Of a stretch of 24,000 nt of DNA, positions 15,389 to 24,000 are shown one piece after another. This stretch comes from Lacunisphaera sp. (GTDB taxonomy: Bacteria > Verrucomicrobiota > Verrucomicrobiia > Opitutales > Opitutaceae). The stretch is from contig SIBQ01000004.1 in NCBI GenBank assembly GCA_009695095.1, positions 21,535-45,534 of the forward strand. The letters run 5' to 3'. Both the position numbers and the translations under genes were made by a program. The notes under the pieces are model-generated. The model had not been told where the DNA came from. It worked only from the letters and a program-made list of their open reading frames with translations, and did not search any database. Numbering within the stretch: the first letter of the stretch is position 1; every line of letters starts with the position of its first letter.

Positions 15389-16759
15389 TTACCCCCGCGC
15401 CAACTCGGCCAGCACCCGCTCGGAGGTCTCAATCCCCCGCTTCATCACGCCGAGATGAAAGCTCTCGTTCGGGGCGTGCAAGTTGTCCTCGGGGAGAAAA
15501 AGGCCGAGCATGACCGCATCAATCCCAAGCACGTCCTTCAGATCAGCGATCAGGCCCACGCTGCCGCCCTCCCGCAGGTAGATCGGCGGTTTGCCGAACA
15601 CCTCGGTGGCCGCCCGGTCGACTGCACGGAAACATTTCGCCAAGGCCGGCGACTGGGCCTTCGGTGTGTTGGAACGATCGGGGGGAATGACCACATAGGG
15701 CATCGCGTGATGCTGCTCCTTGATCAGCAGCGTCACGCCCTTCGGGCAGCGGGTGCGGATGGTGTTGAACACCGCGTCTTTCACGTTGCCCGGTGTCTGG
15801 TTTGAGACCAGCCGGCAGGTTATCTTCACATTGGCCTTGCTGGGGATGACCGTTTTAGTCCCCTCACCCTGGTAGCCGCCGCTGAAGCCGTTGAACTCCA
15901 GCGTCGGTAGGAAGCGGATCGCCTCGAACGGCGTGTAGCCGGGCGGCGCATGGAATTCCTTGATGCCCAGAAAGTCGGCGTAGTCCCTTTCCTTCAACCC
16001 GAGCTTTTTCAACTGTTCACGCTCCCACGGCTCGGGCTCGACGACCGCGTCATAGAACCCTGGGATGTTAACGCGTCCATCGGGTGTGTGGAGCGTGGCG
16101 CAAAGCTCGGCCAGCGCCTGCAGCGGGTTCATCAGCCCGCCGCCATTCATGCCCGAGTGCAGGTCCGAATTCGGTCCCGTGAATTCCACCTCGAAGGCCA
16201 GCATCCCGCGCAGGCCGACCGTGATCACCATCTGGTCGGGCGACGGGATGCCCGTGTCGGAAAAATACACGAAATCCCCGCGCAGCTTATCCTTGTTCGC
16301 CATCAGGAAGGTCTTGAAATTTTTGCTGCCAATCTCCTCCTCACCCTCGACCACGAAGGTGAGGCGCAGCGGCAGTCGCGGATTTTTCTCCAGCAAGCGC
16401 GCGACGGCGGCGATATGCACCATCAGCGGCCCCTTGTTGTCCGCCGTGCCGCGGCCGTAGATGCGCTCGCCCTTGATGGTCGGCTCGAAGGGCGGTGTGG
16501 CCCACTTGCCGAGCGGGTCGGGTGGCTGCACGTCGTAATGGCCGTAGATGAGCACATGTGGCCATTGCGGATTGTCGCCGCTCTTCGCAACAATCACGGG
16601 ATGCAGGGCGGTCGGCACGACCTCCACCGCAAAGCCGATTTCCTTCAGCAGGCCCGACACGAATTGCTGCGCCCCGACCATGCCCGCCTTGAACTGGGGG
16701 TCGGCGGAGACGCTGGCGTGCCGGACATATTCCTTGAGCTTTTCGACTGAGTCAAACAT
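15389..16759 (-). CDS. M20-family metallopeptidase (dipeptidase/ArgE-DapE-CPG2 family)
   Basis: Motifs are LIYGHYDVQPPDP, YGRGTADNKGP and EGEEEIGS (metal ligands). ATG 16759 (MFDSVEKLKEYV) is preferred over the track start 16828. Confidence 0.88.
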   Translation of the reverse strand: MFDSVEKLKEYVRHASVSADPQFKAGMVGAQQFVSGLLKEIGFAVEVVPTALHPVIVAKSGDNPQWPHVLIYGHYDVQPPDPLGKWATPPFEPTIKGERIYGRGTADNKGPLMVHIAAVARLLEKNPRLPLRLTFVVEGEEEIGSKNFKTFLMANKDKLRGDFVYFSDTGIPSPDQMVITVGLRGMLAFEVEFTGPNSDLHSGMNGGGLMNPLQALAELCATLHTPDGRVNIPGFYDAVVEPEPWEREQLKKLGLKERDYADFLGIKEFHAPPGYTPFEAIRFLPTLEFNGFSGGYQGEGTKTVIPSKANVKITCRLVSNQTPGNVKDAVFNTIRTRCPKGVTLLIKEQHHAMPYVVIPPDRSNTPKAQSPALAKCFRAVDRAATEVFGKPPIYLREGGSVGLIADLKDVLGIDAVMLGLFLPEDNLHAPNESFHLGVMKRGIETSERVLAELARG

Positions 16760-16873
16760 ACCGCAAGTTGACCCAACTCCTGCCGCGGCGCTAGTCCGAA
16801 GTGTTTGCCGGACGACCGGCCCGGACAAACACCGGGCTGGCCGCAGCCATCAACGGTGCCAGCCTTAGCTTAT

Positions 16874-17647
16874 TTACTGGTAGCGCAGCCGGGCTTTTTC
16901 GTAGAGGGGTACGGCCTCCGGCATCCATTTCTGCAAGTCGGCCGTTCGCTTATCATGCGAGGGATGAGTGGAGAGGAAGGCCGGCACGCTGCTCCCCTTG
17001 CCCTCCTGGTCCATTTTCTGCCAGAAGGTGATGGCCGCGCGGGGATCGTAGCCGGCTCTGGCCGCGTAACGGATGCCGATGTAATCCGCCTCGCTCTCGT
17101 GAGCGCGGGAGAAAGCCAGTAGCGAACCGCCAACCGCCATTCCGTAGCCGACGAGCAACGTATCGTGGCTGCTCTTGTTCTTGCTCCCCGCGTCCAGGAT
17201 TACCCCGCCCACAGCCGCCAGCAAACCCTCGGTCACGCGCTGCGCCCCATGGCGCGCCGTGACGTGCCCGATTTCATGCCCCATCACGATGGCCAGCTCG
17301 GAGTCGGTTTCCGCCACGCGCAGCAGGCCGCTGTAAACGCCGACCTTGCCGCCTGGCAGGGCGAAGGCGTTGACCGTTTTCGGTTCAGCAAAGACCACGA
17401 ACTCCCACTTTGCACCGGCCAGGTCGCCGCCCACCGCCTGCGCGATGCGCGCGCCGACCCGGCGCACACGCTCGTTCTCGGCGGCATCGGCAGAGACTTT
17501 TCCCTTTGTCTTGAGATCGGCAAATGCGGCGGCGCCTTCCGAAACCTCATCAACCACAGGGAGGATGAAGGCGGTGCGGCCCGTCTCGGGTACGGTGTAG
17601 CATCCCGCCAATGCCAGGATGAGAAGGACCAGGGAAATCTGTTTCAT
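16874..17647 (-). CDS. M48-family zinc metalloprotease lipoprotein
   Basis: The signal plus lipobox is MKQISLVLLILALAGC. The HExxH motif is in IVMGHEIGHVTARH, with a downstream ESEADYIG third-ligand region. Confidence 0.88.
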   Translation of the reverse strand: MKQISLVLLILALAGCYTVPETGRTAFILPVVDEVSEGAAAFADLKTKGKVSADAAENERVRRVGARIAQAVGGDLAGAKWEFVVFAEPKTVNAFALPGGKVGVYSGLLRVAETDSELAIVMGHEIGHVTARHGAQRVTEGLLAAVGGVILDAGSKNKSSHDTLLVGYGMAVGGSLLAFSRAHESEADYIGIRYAARAGYDPRAAITFWQKMDQEGKGSSVPAFLSTHPSHDKRTADLQKWMPEAVPLYEKARLRYQ

Positions 17648-17699
17648 GCCAGCAGCATAGGCACTAAAAACGAGGCCGCCAAGCCGAACTTAGATTTGC

Positions 17700-19253
17700 T
17701 CAGTGCTTGAAATGTCGGATGCCGGTGAAGACCATGGCCATCCCGCGCTCATCCGCTGCCTTGATGACTTCCGCGTCGCGCACCGAGCCACCGGGCTGGA
17801 TGGCGCAGGTCGCCCCCGCCTCGGCCGCCGCGATCAGTCCGTCCGCAAAGGGAAACAGTGCCTCGCTGGCGACGACCGAGCCCCTAAGGTCGAGCCTGGC
17901 CTCGCCGGCCTTCCAGACGGCGATGCGTGAGCTGTCCACCCGCGCCATCTGGCCGGCGCCGATCCCGAGGGTCTGTTCTCCGCGGCAATACACGATGGAG
18001 TTCGACTTCACGTGCTTGACGACCTTCCAGCCGAAAAGCATGGCGGACCACTCCTCCGCCGTGGGCTGGCGCTTCGTGACGACCTTGAATTCACTCTGCT
18101 TGCCTAGGGTGCGGTCACGATCCTGCACCAGCACGCCGCCGACCACCGAGCGCACCTCTTGCAAGGCGTCGGCGCCGAGTCCCTCCTGGGCGGTCATCAG
18201 CCGCAAGTTCTTCTTTTTTCCAAAGATGGCGAGTGCCTCGTCACTGAACCGGGGTGCGATGATCACCTCGGTGAAAATCTCCGCGATGATCTTCGCCAGT
18301 GCGCCATCCATCGTATGATTTACCACAATAATGCCGCCGAACGGCGCCTGTCGGTCTGTGGCGTATGCCTTCTCCCACGCCTCCTGCAATGTGTCCGCGC
18401 TCGCCACGCCGCACGGATTGGTGTGTTTGAGGATCGCCACCGTCGGTCGCTCGAATTCGCCGATGAGGTAGGTCGCCGAGGTGATGTCCAAGATATTATT
18501 ATAGCTGAGTTCCTTGCCCTGCAGTTGCCCATAATGCTCGTGAAAGGCGCCGTAGAGCGCCGCTTTTTGGTGTGGATTCTCGCCGTAGCGCAGACTCTGC
18601 GCCTTTTTCAGGGACAGACTATAGTTGCCGGGAAATCCGCTAATCGCCTCAAGGTCAAGCTCGACCTGCCGGGTCTCCAGGTAGCGCGCGATGGCTGCGT
18701 CGTAGGTCGCCGTGCGCTGAAACACCTTCAGGGCCAGCTGGCGCCGCAAATCGTCCAGCTTGGCCGGCTCACCCAAAACCGCCAGCACGACGCCATAGTC
18801 CGCCGGGTCGCACACCACGGTCACGCTGGCGTGGTTCTTCGCCGCGCTCCGCAGCATCGACGGGCCGCCGATGTCGATGTTCTCGATGGCTTCCTCAAAC
18901 TCCACGTGAGGCTTGGCCACGGTCTGCTCGAACGGGTAAAGGTTCACCACCACGAGATCGATGAGCGCGATGTCGTTCTGCTTCGCCTGCGCCAGGTGCT
19001 CGGGCTTGTCGCGCCGGCAGAGCAGCCCGCCGTGGATTTTCGGATGCAAGGTCTTCACCCGGCCCTCCATGATTTCCGGGAAACCGGTGTGCGTGCCGAC
19101 CTCCGTCACCGGCAGCCCCGCCCCGGCCAGCTGCTTCGCCGTGCCGCCGGTGGACAGCAGCCGGTAGCCGTGCGCTTTCACCAGTGCCGTGGCGAATTCC
19201 ACGAGGCCGCGTTTGTCGCTGACGGAGAGCAGGGCGAGTTTTTCCATAAGCAT
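17700..19253 (-). CDS. purH: Bifunctional AICAR formyltransferase / IMP cyclohydrolase
   Basis: [33 protein letters not shown] and the C-terminal QPGGSVRD...FTGIRHFKH are present. The alternative start ATG 19247 has better spacing to GAAAGG. Confidence 0.96.
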   Translation of the reverse strand: MLMEKLALLSVSDKRGLVEFATALVKAHGYRLLSTGGTAKQLAGAGLPVTEVGTHTGFPEIMEGRVKTLHPKIHGGLLCRRDKPEHLAQAKQNDIALIDLVVVNLYPFEQTVAKPHVEFEEAIENIDIGGPSMLRSAAKNHASVTVVCDPADYGVVLAVLGEPAKLDDLRRQLALKVFQRTATYDAAIARYLETRQVELDLEAISGFPGNYSLSLKKAQSLRYGENPHQKAALYGAFHEHYGQLQGKELSYNNILDITSATYLIGEFERPTVAILKHTNPCGVASADTLQEAWEKAYATDRQAPFGGIIVVNHTMDGALAKIIAEIFTEVIIAPRFSDEALAIFGKKKNLRLMTAQEGLGADALQEVRSVVGGVLVQDRDRTLGKQSEFKVVTKRQPTAEEWSAMLFGWKVVKHVKSNSIVYCRGEQTLGIGAGQMARVDSSRIAVWKAGEARLDLRGSVVASEALFPFADGLIAAAEAGATCAIQPGGSVRDAEVIKAADERGMAMVFTGIRHFKH

Positions 19254-19368
19254 CGCCTTTCTTGGGGTGCGGCTTTTTCACGGCAAGACGAATCCCGGCT
19301 TATCACTTGATATGTCCTGCATTTTCTTCGTGTCCTTCGTCCGCTTCGTGTTTCAGTGGTCCCAAGGT

Positions 19369-19752
19369 ATGACCGCGTCACATGAACTGCCCGGCCTGAA
19401 GGTCGAACTGGACCAGCTGGTCTACCAGCACGGGGGCGAGCAGCTGCTGCCCGACCGGCCACACGCCTTCATCTATTACCTGACCATCCGCAACGAATCC
19501 GACCGCACCGTCACCCTGCTGGGCCGCAAATGGGTCATCGAGCACGACGACGGCACCCACCTGGTCGTAGAGGGCGACAAGATCGTCGGGGAGACCCCCA
19601 CCCTCGCGCCCGGCGGGCATTTTTCCTACAACAGCTATCATGTGACCAGTTGCGACGGGCGGGTCCACGGCAGCTTCCACGGGCTCGACGACCAGGGCCG
19701 GCGGATTTTTGTGCGCATCCCGGCGTTTGACATGGTGATTCCCGCCGGCTGA
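19369..19752 (+). CDS. apaG: ApaG (DUF525) domain protein
   Basis: FIYYLTIRNESDRTVTLLGRKWVIEHDDG...VVEGDKIVGETPTLAPGGHFSYNS fits the ApaG pattern. ATG 19369 is preferred; the upstream part of track ORF 19189 runs through the intergenic spacer. Confidence 0.85.
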   Translation: MTASHELPGLKVELDQLVYQHGGEQLLPDRPHAFIYYLTIRNESDRTVTLLGRKWVIEHDDGTHLVVEGDKIVGETPTLAPGGHFSYNSYHVTSCDGRVHGSFHGLDDQGRRIFVRIPAFDMVIPAG

Positions 19753-19766
19753 CTGGCCGGCACTGC

Positions 19767-21125
19767 ATGAAGCTAATTGACCTGAACCCCGACGGCGGCA
19801 TCGGCGCCAACTCCCTCTACTGCCAGATCGGCGATTTCCACCTCGTGATCGACAGCGGGTTGAACCCCAAGAAGACCGGCCGGGTCGCCGCCCCCAATCT
19901 CCGCCCGTTGCAGGGGGTGAAGCTCGACCTCATCCTCATCACGCACTGCCACCTCGACCACATCGGCTCGCTGCCGCTGCTGATGCGCGATCAGCCGAAC
20001 ACGCCGGTCATCATGACGGTGCCCAGCCGCATGCTCATCGAGCGCATGCTGCACAACTCGGCCAACGTCATGGTCCGCGAGCGCGAGGAGAAGGGCATCG
20101 CCGACTACCCGCTCTTCACCCACGACGAGATCGACCGGGTCGCGCCACGGATGTTTCCGCACCAGTTCAAGCATCCGAAGAAATTTTCCGGCGCCCGCGA
20201 CGAGATCGAATTCACCTTCCATTCCGCCGGGCACATCGCTGGCGCGGCCGGCGTCGAGCTCGTCCACAAGCACCGCCGCATTTTCTTCACCGGCGATGTG
20301 CTCTTCAGCACCCAGCGCATCCTCGATGGCGCTAAGTTTCCCAAAGGCCATTTCGACACGCTCGTCACCGAAACCACCCATGGGGCCACCGAGAAACCGC
20401 CCGGCAACATTCGCTCGAGCGAGATGATCCGGCTCATCGAGACCATCAACGCCACCCTGCAACGCGGTGGCTCGGTGCTCATCCCGGTCTTTGCCCTCGG
20501 CCGCATGCAGGAGATCCTCGCCATCCTCCACGACGCCCGGAAATTCCACCGGCTTGACGCCGCTCCTATTTTTGCCTCCGGCCTCGGCATGGACCTCTGT
20601 GACTACTTTGACGACATCTCCAAGAAGACCGGCCTGGTGCACTTCACCCGCACCATCCTCAAGGAACTCAAGCTCAAGAAATCCCCCCGCGACCTGGTCC
20701 CCGGCAAGGAGCCGCCCACCCAGGGCATCTACGTCGTGAGCAGCGGCATGATGGTTGAGAATACCGCCTCTTACACCCTCGCCTCCTGCCTCGCGGGCAG
20801 CCCCAAGCACAGCATCTGCTTTGTCGGTTACTGCGACCCCGACACCCCCGGCGGCCACCTGCAGGCCGCCAAGAAGGGCGAGTCCTTCTTCTTCGATGCC
20901 GTCAACGTGAAGGTCAAGGTCCGCGCCAACATCGAACGCTTCGAGTTCAGCGGTCACGCTGCGCGCGAGGAACTCCTGGCCTACGCCGTCAATTGCAATC
21001 CCCGCTCCATCGTCCTCACCCACGGCGATCCGCACGCCCGCGATTGGTTTGCCGGTCAACTTAAGGAGAAACTTCCCACGACCAAGGTCCTCGACCCCGT
21101 CCCCTCGAAGACATACCAGGTGTGA
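19767..21125 (+). CDS. MBL-fold metallo-hydrolase of the beta-CASP ribonuclease type
   Basis: The HxHxDH motif is in LILITHCHLDHIGSLP. ETTHG and the C-terminal FSGHAAREELLAYA...VLTHGD are typical of beta-CASP/RNA-specificity domain proteins. Length is 452 aa. Confidence 0.88.
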   Translation: MKLIDLNPDGGIGANSLYCQIGDFHLVIDSGLNPKKTGRVAAPNLRPLQGVKLDLILITHCHLDHIGSLPLLMRDQPNTPVIMTVPSRMLIERMLHNSANVMVREREEKGIADYPLFTHDEIDRVAPRMFPHQFKHPKKFSGARDEIEFTFHSAGHIAGAAGVELVHKHRRIFFTGDVLFSTQRILDGAKFPKGHFDTLVTETTHGATEKPPGNIRSSEMIRLIETINATLQRGGSVLIPVFALGRMQEILAILHDARKFHRLDAAPIFASGLGMDLCDYFDDISKKTGLVHFTRTILKELKLKKSPRDLVPGKEPPTQGIYVVSSGMMVENTASYTLASCLAGSPKHSICFVGYCDPDTPGGHLQAAKKGESFFFDAVNVKVKVRANIERFEFSGHAAREELLAYAVNCNPRSIVLTHGDPHARDWFAGQLKEKLPTTKVLDPVPSKTYQV

Positions 21126-21206
21126 CTGTCGCAGACGAGGTCGCCCGCGCTCCCACAATGCTGGAGCCACGGCGACACCGCCGTGGAACTGAGCCTAACC
21201 TGCACA

Positions 21207-22013
21207 TTACCGCCCGAGGATCTCGCGCAGCTTCGCGACCATCGCCGGGTTGCCGGCAGCGTATTGGACGCGCGGGGCCTTGAGGGAGAATTCGCGCAGC
21301 GGGAACGGCGGGTTTTCCAGGTAGTAAATTTCGACGCCTGCCTCCGACAGGAGGGCGCAGGCCGCAGCGATGTCCCACACCTTGTTGTTGTGGTCCACGA
21401 CGCCGTCGAGCAGTCCGATGGCGGCGTAGGCCAGGTGCAGCGTGCTGCTGCCGAGTCCGCGGATCTTGAAATTTTCGATCAGGCGTTTGCCCTGGGTCGC
21501 GAGGCTCTTGTCCACCGGCGAGTGAAAGCCGACCAGGCTGTGGCTGTTCGGCGGTTCGCTCCGGGCATGCGCGGCCCGGTCCCCATCCCAGACGCCGCGG
21601 CCAGGGCCGCCGTGGATCAGCACCCGGCGCGCCAGGTCGTAGATCGCGCCGTAAACCGGCACTCCGTTCTCCAGCAAAGCGAGTGAAATGGCGCAGTAGC
21701 TGATGCCGTTGGTGTAGTTGTTCGTGCCGTCGATGGGGTCGAGCACCCAGCAGAAGTGCGAAGTCACCGGCACCGGGGCGGCGGGTGTCAGCTCCTCGCT
21801 GAAAAACTGGTCCGCCGGAAATGTCTTGGCGATGGCGGCCTGGATATGCTCGGAGATGGCGATGTCCACCGCCGTCACTTTGGTGCCGTCGTGCTTAAGC
21901 TCGCTCTTCGCCCGGCCGAATTCGCGGTGCAACAGCGCCGCCTTGGACAGCACGGTCTGCTTGGCAACTGTGATACGTTGCTCGATTTCTTGGTTATTTT
22001 CGCGACGTGTCAT
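21207..22013 (-). CDS. Inositol monophosphatase family protein (SuhB/CysQ-like)
   Basis: FFSEE, WVLDPIDGTNNY and WDIAAA motifs are present. ATG 22013 is preferred over the track TTG 22022. Both lie inside the inverted-repeat arm at 22009-22034. Confidence 0.85.
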   Translation of the reverse strand: MTRRENNQEIEQRITVAKQTVLSKAALLHREFGRAKSELKHDGTKVTAVDIAISEHIQAAIAKTFPADQFFSEELTPAAPVPVTSHFCWVLDPIDGTNNYTNGISYCAISLALLENGVPVYGAIYDLARRVLIHGGPGRGVWDGDRAAHARSEPPNSHSLVGFHSPVDKSLATQGKRLIENFKIRGLGSSTLHLAYAAIGLLDGVVDHNNKVWDIAAACALLSEAGVEIYYLENPPFPLREFSLKAPRVQYAAGNPAMVAKLREILGR

Positions 22014-22083
22014 CCTGAGCAAAGCGAAGCATCCACAGGGATTTCAATATTCCAAATGGATTCTTCGCTTCGCTCAGAATGAC
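22009..22083. repeat. 26-bp-arm imperfect inverted repeat of the GTCATCCTGAGC(G/A)AAGCGAAG...CTTCGCTTCGCTCAGAATGAC type (REP/MITE-like hairpin)
   Basis: The left arm is 22009-22034 and the right arm 22058-22083. They are complementary at 23 of 26 positions, with a 23-nt AT-rich loop containing AATATT. Translating this motif gives peptides like ILRFAQND and LRMT, as in track ORF 21718..22185. I recall seeing those as spurious small ORFs in many bacterial genomes. Confidence 0.75.
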
Positions 22084-22129
22084 AGATTGCGTGATCTGTC
22101 CTCCGTTCTCCGTCTTCTGTCCTCTGCTG

Positions 22130-23371
22130 TCATTTTCCCAGCTGATGTCCGTGGCGGACGACGCCCTTCTTTCCGCGGTTGTTAAGCTTGTCCAGCACCG
22201 CGGCGAGCCGGCGCTTTCTGTCGTCGGTCTGACCGAACATCTCGAGCTGGCTCCCCTTCTCCTCCACGTTGGAAAACCGCACGCTGACCAGCCGCAGCGG
22301 TCGCTTCATGGTCCAGGCGGCCGTGAGCAACGGCTCCACTAGGGGATAAAACGGCGCCTCAAGATCGGTGGCCGCGGCCAGGCTGCGGTCGGTCGTACTG
22401 TCCTCCATGCCGGGATAGCGTACCTTCACGGTCATCGTCTTCACACGCTTCCCGCCCTCCCGGATCTTGGGCATCAATTCGTCGATCATCCGCTTGGCGA
22501 TGCGCTCGATCTCGGCAAATTCCCAGATGTCCTCGGGGAAGGTCTCCTGGGTCGAGTAGGATTTGGCATCCTCGTGCTCCGTATGCACCGGCCGGTCGTC
22601 CTCCCCTCGCGCCATGACCAGCACCTCCGCCCAGGAACTGCCGAACAGCGCCTTCAGCTCCGACCCGGTCCGCGTGAACAGGTCGCGCACCAGCCTGACG
22701 CCCGCCGACTCCAGTTTGATTTCGCTCTTTTTACCCACGCCGGGAAGAACATTGACTTTGAGCGGCGCCAGGAAATCCGCCTCCATGCCAGGCGGGACCA
22801 CCGTGAAGCCTTTCGGCTTTCTCGCCTTGCTGGCGATGGCGGCCACCAGTTTGTTGGCCGCAACCCCGAATGAGGTCGGGATCTGCAGCTCGTCCCAGAT
22901 CTGCTGCTGCAGCGCGCGGACCCGGCGCTCGATTTCCGCCGCCGTCTTGAAACCGCAGGGCGCAAGATCGAGATAGCCCTCGTCAATGGAATTGCGCTGC
23001 ACCACGGGGGTGAGCGCCTCGCAGAGGGCAAACACCTCCCGGGACTTCTTGCTGTAGATGCCGCTGGTGTGCGGCAGCAGGATCAGATCCGGGCAGACCC
23101 GCAGCGCCGCCTTGGTCGCCATCGGCGTGTAGACGCCGCAGGCCCGGGCCTCGTAGCTGGCCGAGGAAATGATGCCGCGCTCGCGTCCGCCCACCGCGCA
23201 CTTTGTCCCGCGCAGTTCCGGGTGCATCGCCAGCTCGCACGACACGAAGAACGCATCGGCATCGAGATGGACGACAGTCGGCAGAGCCGGTGTCGTGACG
23301 ATGGGCGGCAGGGCTGGGACCATTGCCCCACGGATGGCACGGCTGGCCGCCGATGGCAACGCCGTCCCCAA
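22130..23371 (-). CDS. dinB: DNA polymerase IV (Y-family)
   Basis: VVHLDADAFFVSCE, SASYEARACGV and SIDEGYLD are present. The track start is TTG 23371. ATG 23323 (MVPALPPIV...) is an equally plausible start. Confidence 0.92.
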   Translation of the reverse strand: MGTALPSAASRAIRGAMVPALPPIVTTPALPTVVHLDADAFFVSCELAMHPELRGTKCAVGGRERGIISSASYEARACGVYTPMATKAALRVCPDLILLPHTSGIYSKKSREVFALCEALTPVVQRNSIDEGYLDLAPCGFKTAAEIERRVRALQQQIWDELQIPTSFGVAANKLVAAIASKARKPKGFTVVPPGMEADFLAPLKVNVLPGVGKKSEIKLESAGVRLVRDLFTRTGSELKALFGSSWAEVLVMARGEDDRPVHTEHEDAKSYSTQETFPEDIWEFAEIERIAKRMIDELMPKIREGGKRVKTMTVKVRYPGMEDSTTDRSLAAATDLEAPFYPLVEPLLTAAWTMKRPLRLVSVRFSNVEEKGSQLEMFGQTDDRKRRLAAVLDKLNNRGKKGVVRHGHQLGK

Positions 23372-23378
23372 TCAGAAA

Positions 23379-24000
23379 TCAGAGCTTGAACTTCGCCAGG
23401 TAGAGATGGCTCTTCAGGTCTTCCCCGGTGTGCTTCTTTACCAGCTCCGCCAGTACCGAGGCATCGACGCTGGCCGAGACGACCACGAGTTCCTTGCCGT
23501 TGACCACGGCCAGGCAAATCTCGACCGGCCCGTCCGTGTCCAAGTCCTGTGGCACGTAGATCAGGACTGTGTCTTTATGGTCCGCGACTCCCACTAGCCG
23601 TGTCCACCCACGTCTGTTCATAGCCTGGTCGGTGTCCGTGAATAGGTCGGTGCGCGACCAGCCGGCGGGACCGGAGGTGCGCTCGTAGACGCCGACACTG
23701 GCGTGCCGGACGGCCCCGAGTGCCTGGCGGGCCTCCTCGATGTCCTTGTGGTGCACAAAATGCAGGCCAGTGCGCAAGGCGCCGAGCACGATGCTCCCGA
23801 CGCTTAGCTGGACCTTGGTGTGCCAGCCGGCGTCGGTTGCCGCCATGACGTGTTTGCGCAGCATCGCTGCGTCGCGATCCATGGTAAGGAAACTGACGGC
23901 GGCGATTGCTAGGAGCACAAAGGGTGTCAGGCAGAGGCCGGCGGCGAGCAGCACCCACCGCCAGACGTAGCGGCGGGGCGCAGGGGACTGCGGTTCAGGA
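23379..24000 (-). CDS. Membrane-anchored hypothetical protein, 5' end probably outside the window
   Basis: The frame stays open to the window edge (..PEPQSPAPRRYVWRWVLLAAGLCLTPFVLLAIAAVSFL). It has one N-terminal TM helix followed by a soluble domain of about 160 aa with no motif I recognise. It ends 7 nt before the dinB ORF. Confidence 0.6.
   Translation of the reverse strand, partial: PEPQSPAPRRYVWRWVLLAAGLCLTPFVLLAIAAVSFLTMDRDAAMLRKHVMAATDAGWHTKVQLSVGSIVLGALRTGLHFVHHKDIEEARQALGAVRHASVGVYERTSGPAGWSRTDLFTDTDQAMNRRGWTRLVGVADHKDTVLIYVPQDLDTDGPVEICLAVVNGKELVVVSASVDASVLAELVKKHTGEDLKSHLYLAKFKL

Noticed and set aside
19290-19352. TTCGTG-rich tract (TTCTTCGTGTCCTTCGTCCGCTTCGTGTTTCAG) in the purH/apaG spacer, as a possible relative of the 2858-2965 repeat or as a hairpin with CACGGCAAGACGAA (19290-19303).
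   Set aside because: Pairing is limited to 4 + 6 bp with a large internal loop and a loop of about 43 nt. Similarity to the other repeat's arms is only stylistic (T-rich with GTG). This is not enough to call a repeat family from one window.
19254-19368. Possible ZTP (pfl) riboswitch upstream of purH.
   Set aside because: purH is a classic ZTP-riboswitch target. However, the minus-strand leader lacks the conserved GGGUCGUGACUGGCG-like and CCGCCUGGGC-like segments as I recall them, and the region is only about 115 nt, shared with the divergent apaG promoter.
19773-21170. Very long ORFs antisense to confirmed genes: 19773-21170 (-, 465 aa) opposite the MBL gene, 5371-6588 (+) opposite lepA, 18159-19310 (+) opposite purH, 9991-10770 (-) opposite dapA, and 15950-16750 (+) opposite the M20 gene.
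   Set aside because: These are typical shadow ORFs of a GC-rich genome. Their translations are Arg/Ala/Gly/His-rich low-complexity strings with no family motifs, while the opposite-strand genes have unambiguous signatures.
21166-21185. 8-bp stem / 4-nt loop hairpin (CCACGGCG-ACAC-CGCCGTGG) between the convergent MBL ribonuclease and IMPase-family genes, as an intrinsic terminator.
   Set aside because: There is no U-tract on either strand. It may still function as a terminator, but the sequence alone does not support a confident call.
1-24000. Scan for CRISPR arrays, transposase/integrase genes, toxin-antitoxin pairs, restriction-modification or other defence modules.
   Set aside because: No regularly spaced direct repeats are present, and no ORF has transposase, integrase, nuclease-NTPase or small paired toxin/antitoxin architecture. 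Every ORF over about 120 aa that I accept has a housekeeping or envelope-type assignment, or is listed above as unknown.

Overview
This is a GC-rich, densely coding bacterial chromosomal window with 25 protein-coding genes and one tRNA, in eight blocks of alternating strand. Most of it is housekeeping: lepB-lepA-fabD, dapA-dapB-ruvA, an ECF sigma/anti-sigma pair, tRNA-Lys(UUU), a NarL-type response regulator, a Pal/OmpA lipoprotein, M20 and M48 peptidases, purH, apaG, a beta-CASP MBL ribonuclease, an IMPase-family gene and dinB. The protein sequences look like a PVC/Verrucomicrobiota-type organism. That is an impression only and cannot be verified here. I found no CRISPR array, transposase, integrase, rRNA or recognisable defence or toxin system.

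The only accessory-looking locus is the + strand operon at 1-3893. It runs CrtI-like flavoenzyme, FabZ-like dehydratase, FabI-like reductase, OleA-like KAS III condensing enzyme and OleB-like alpha/beta hydrolase. No oleC or oleD sits in the usual downstream position. This is my best candidate for an undescribed lipid or hydrocarbon pathway, but the call rests on motif recognition, not on a search.

Other items worth a second look:
- Two frame-disrupting lesions: the C-terminus of the PilT-like ATPase and the last HTH helix of the response regulator.
- Two compound inverted-repeat elements in lower-GC intergenic spacers. One of them contains the start codon of the IMPase-family gene.
- A LepB with a roughly 165-aa insertion at an unusual position.
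- A signal-peptide protein of unknown function translationally coupled to the PilT-like gene.

All coordinates and motifs were read directly from the sequence. All family assignments are from memory of family signatures.
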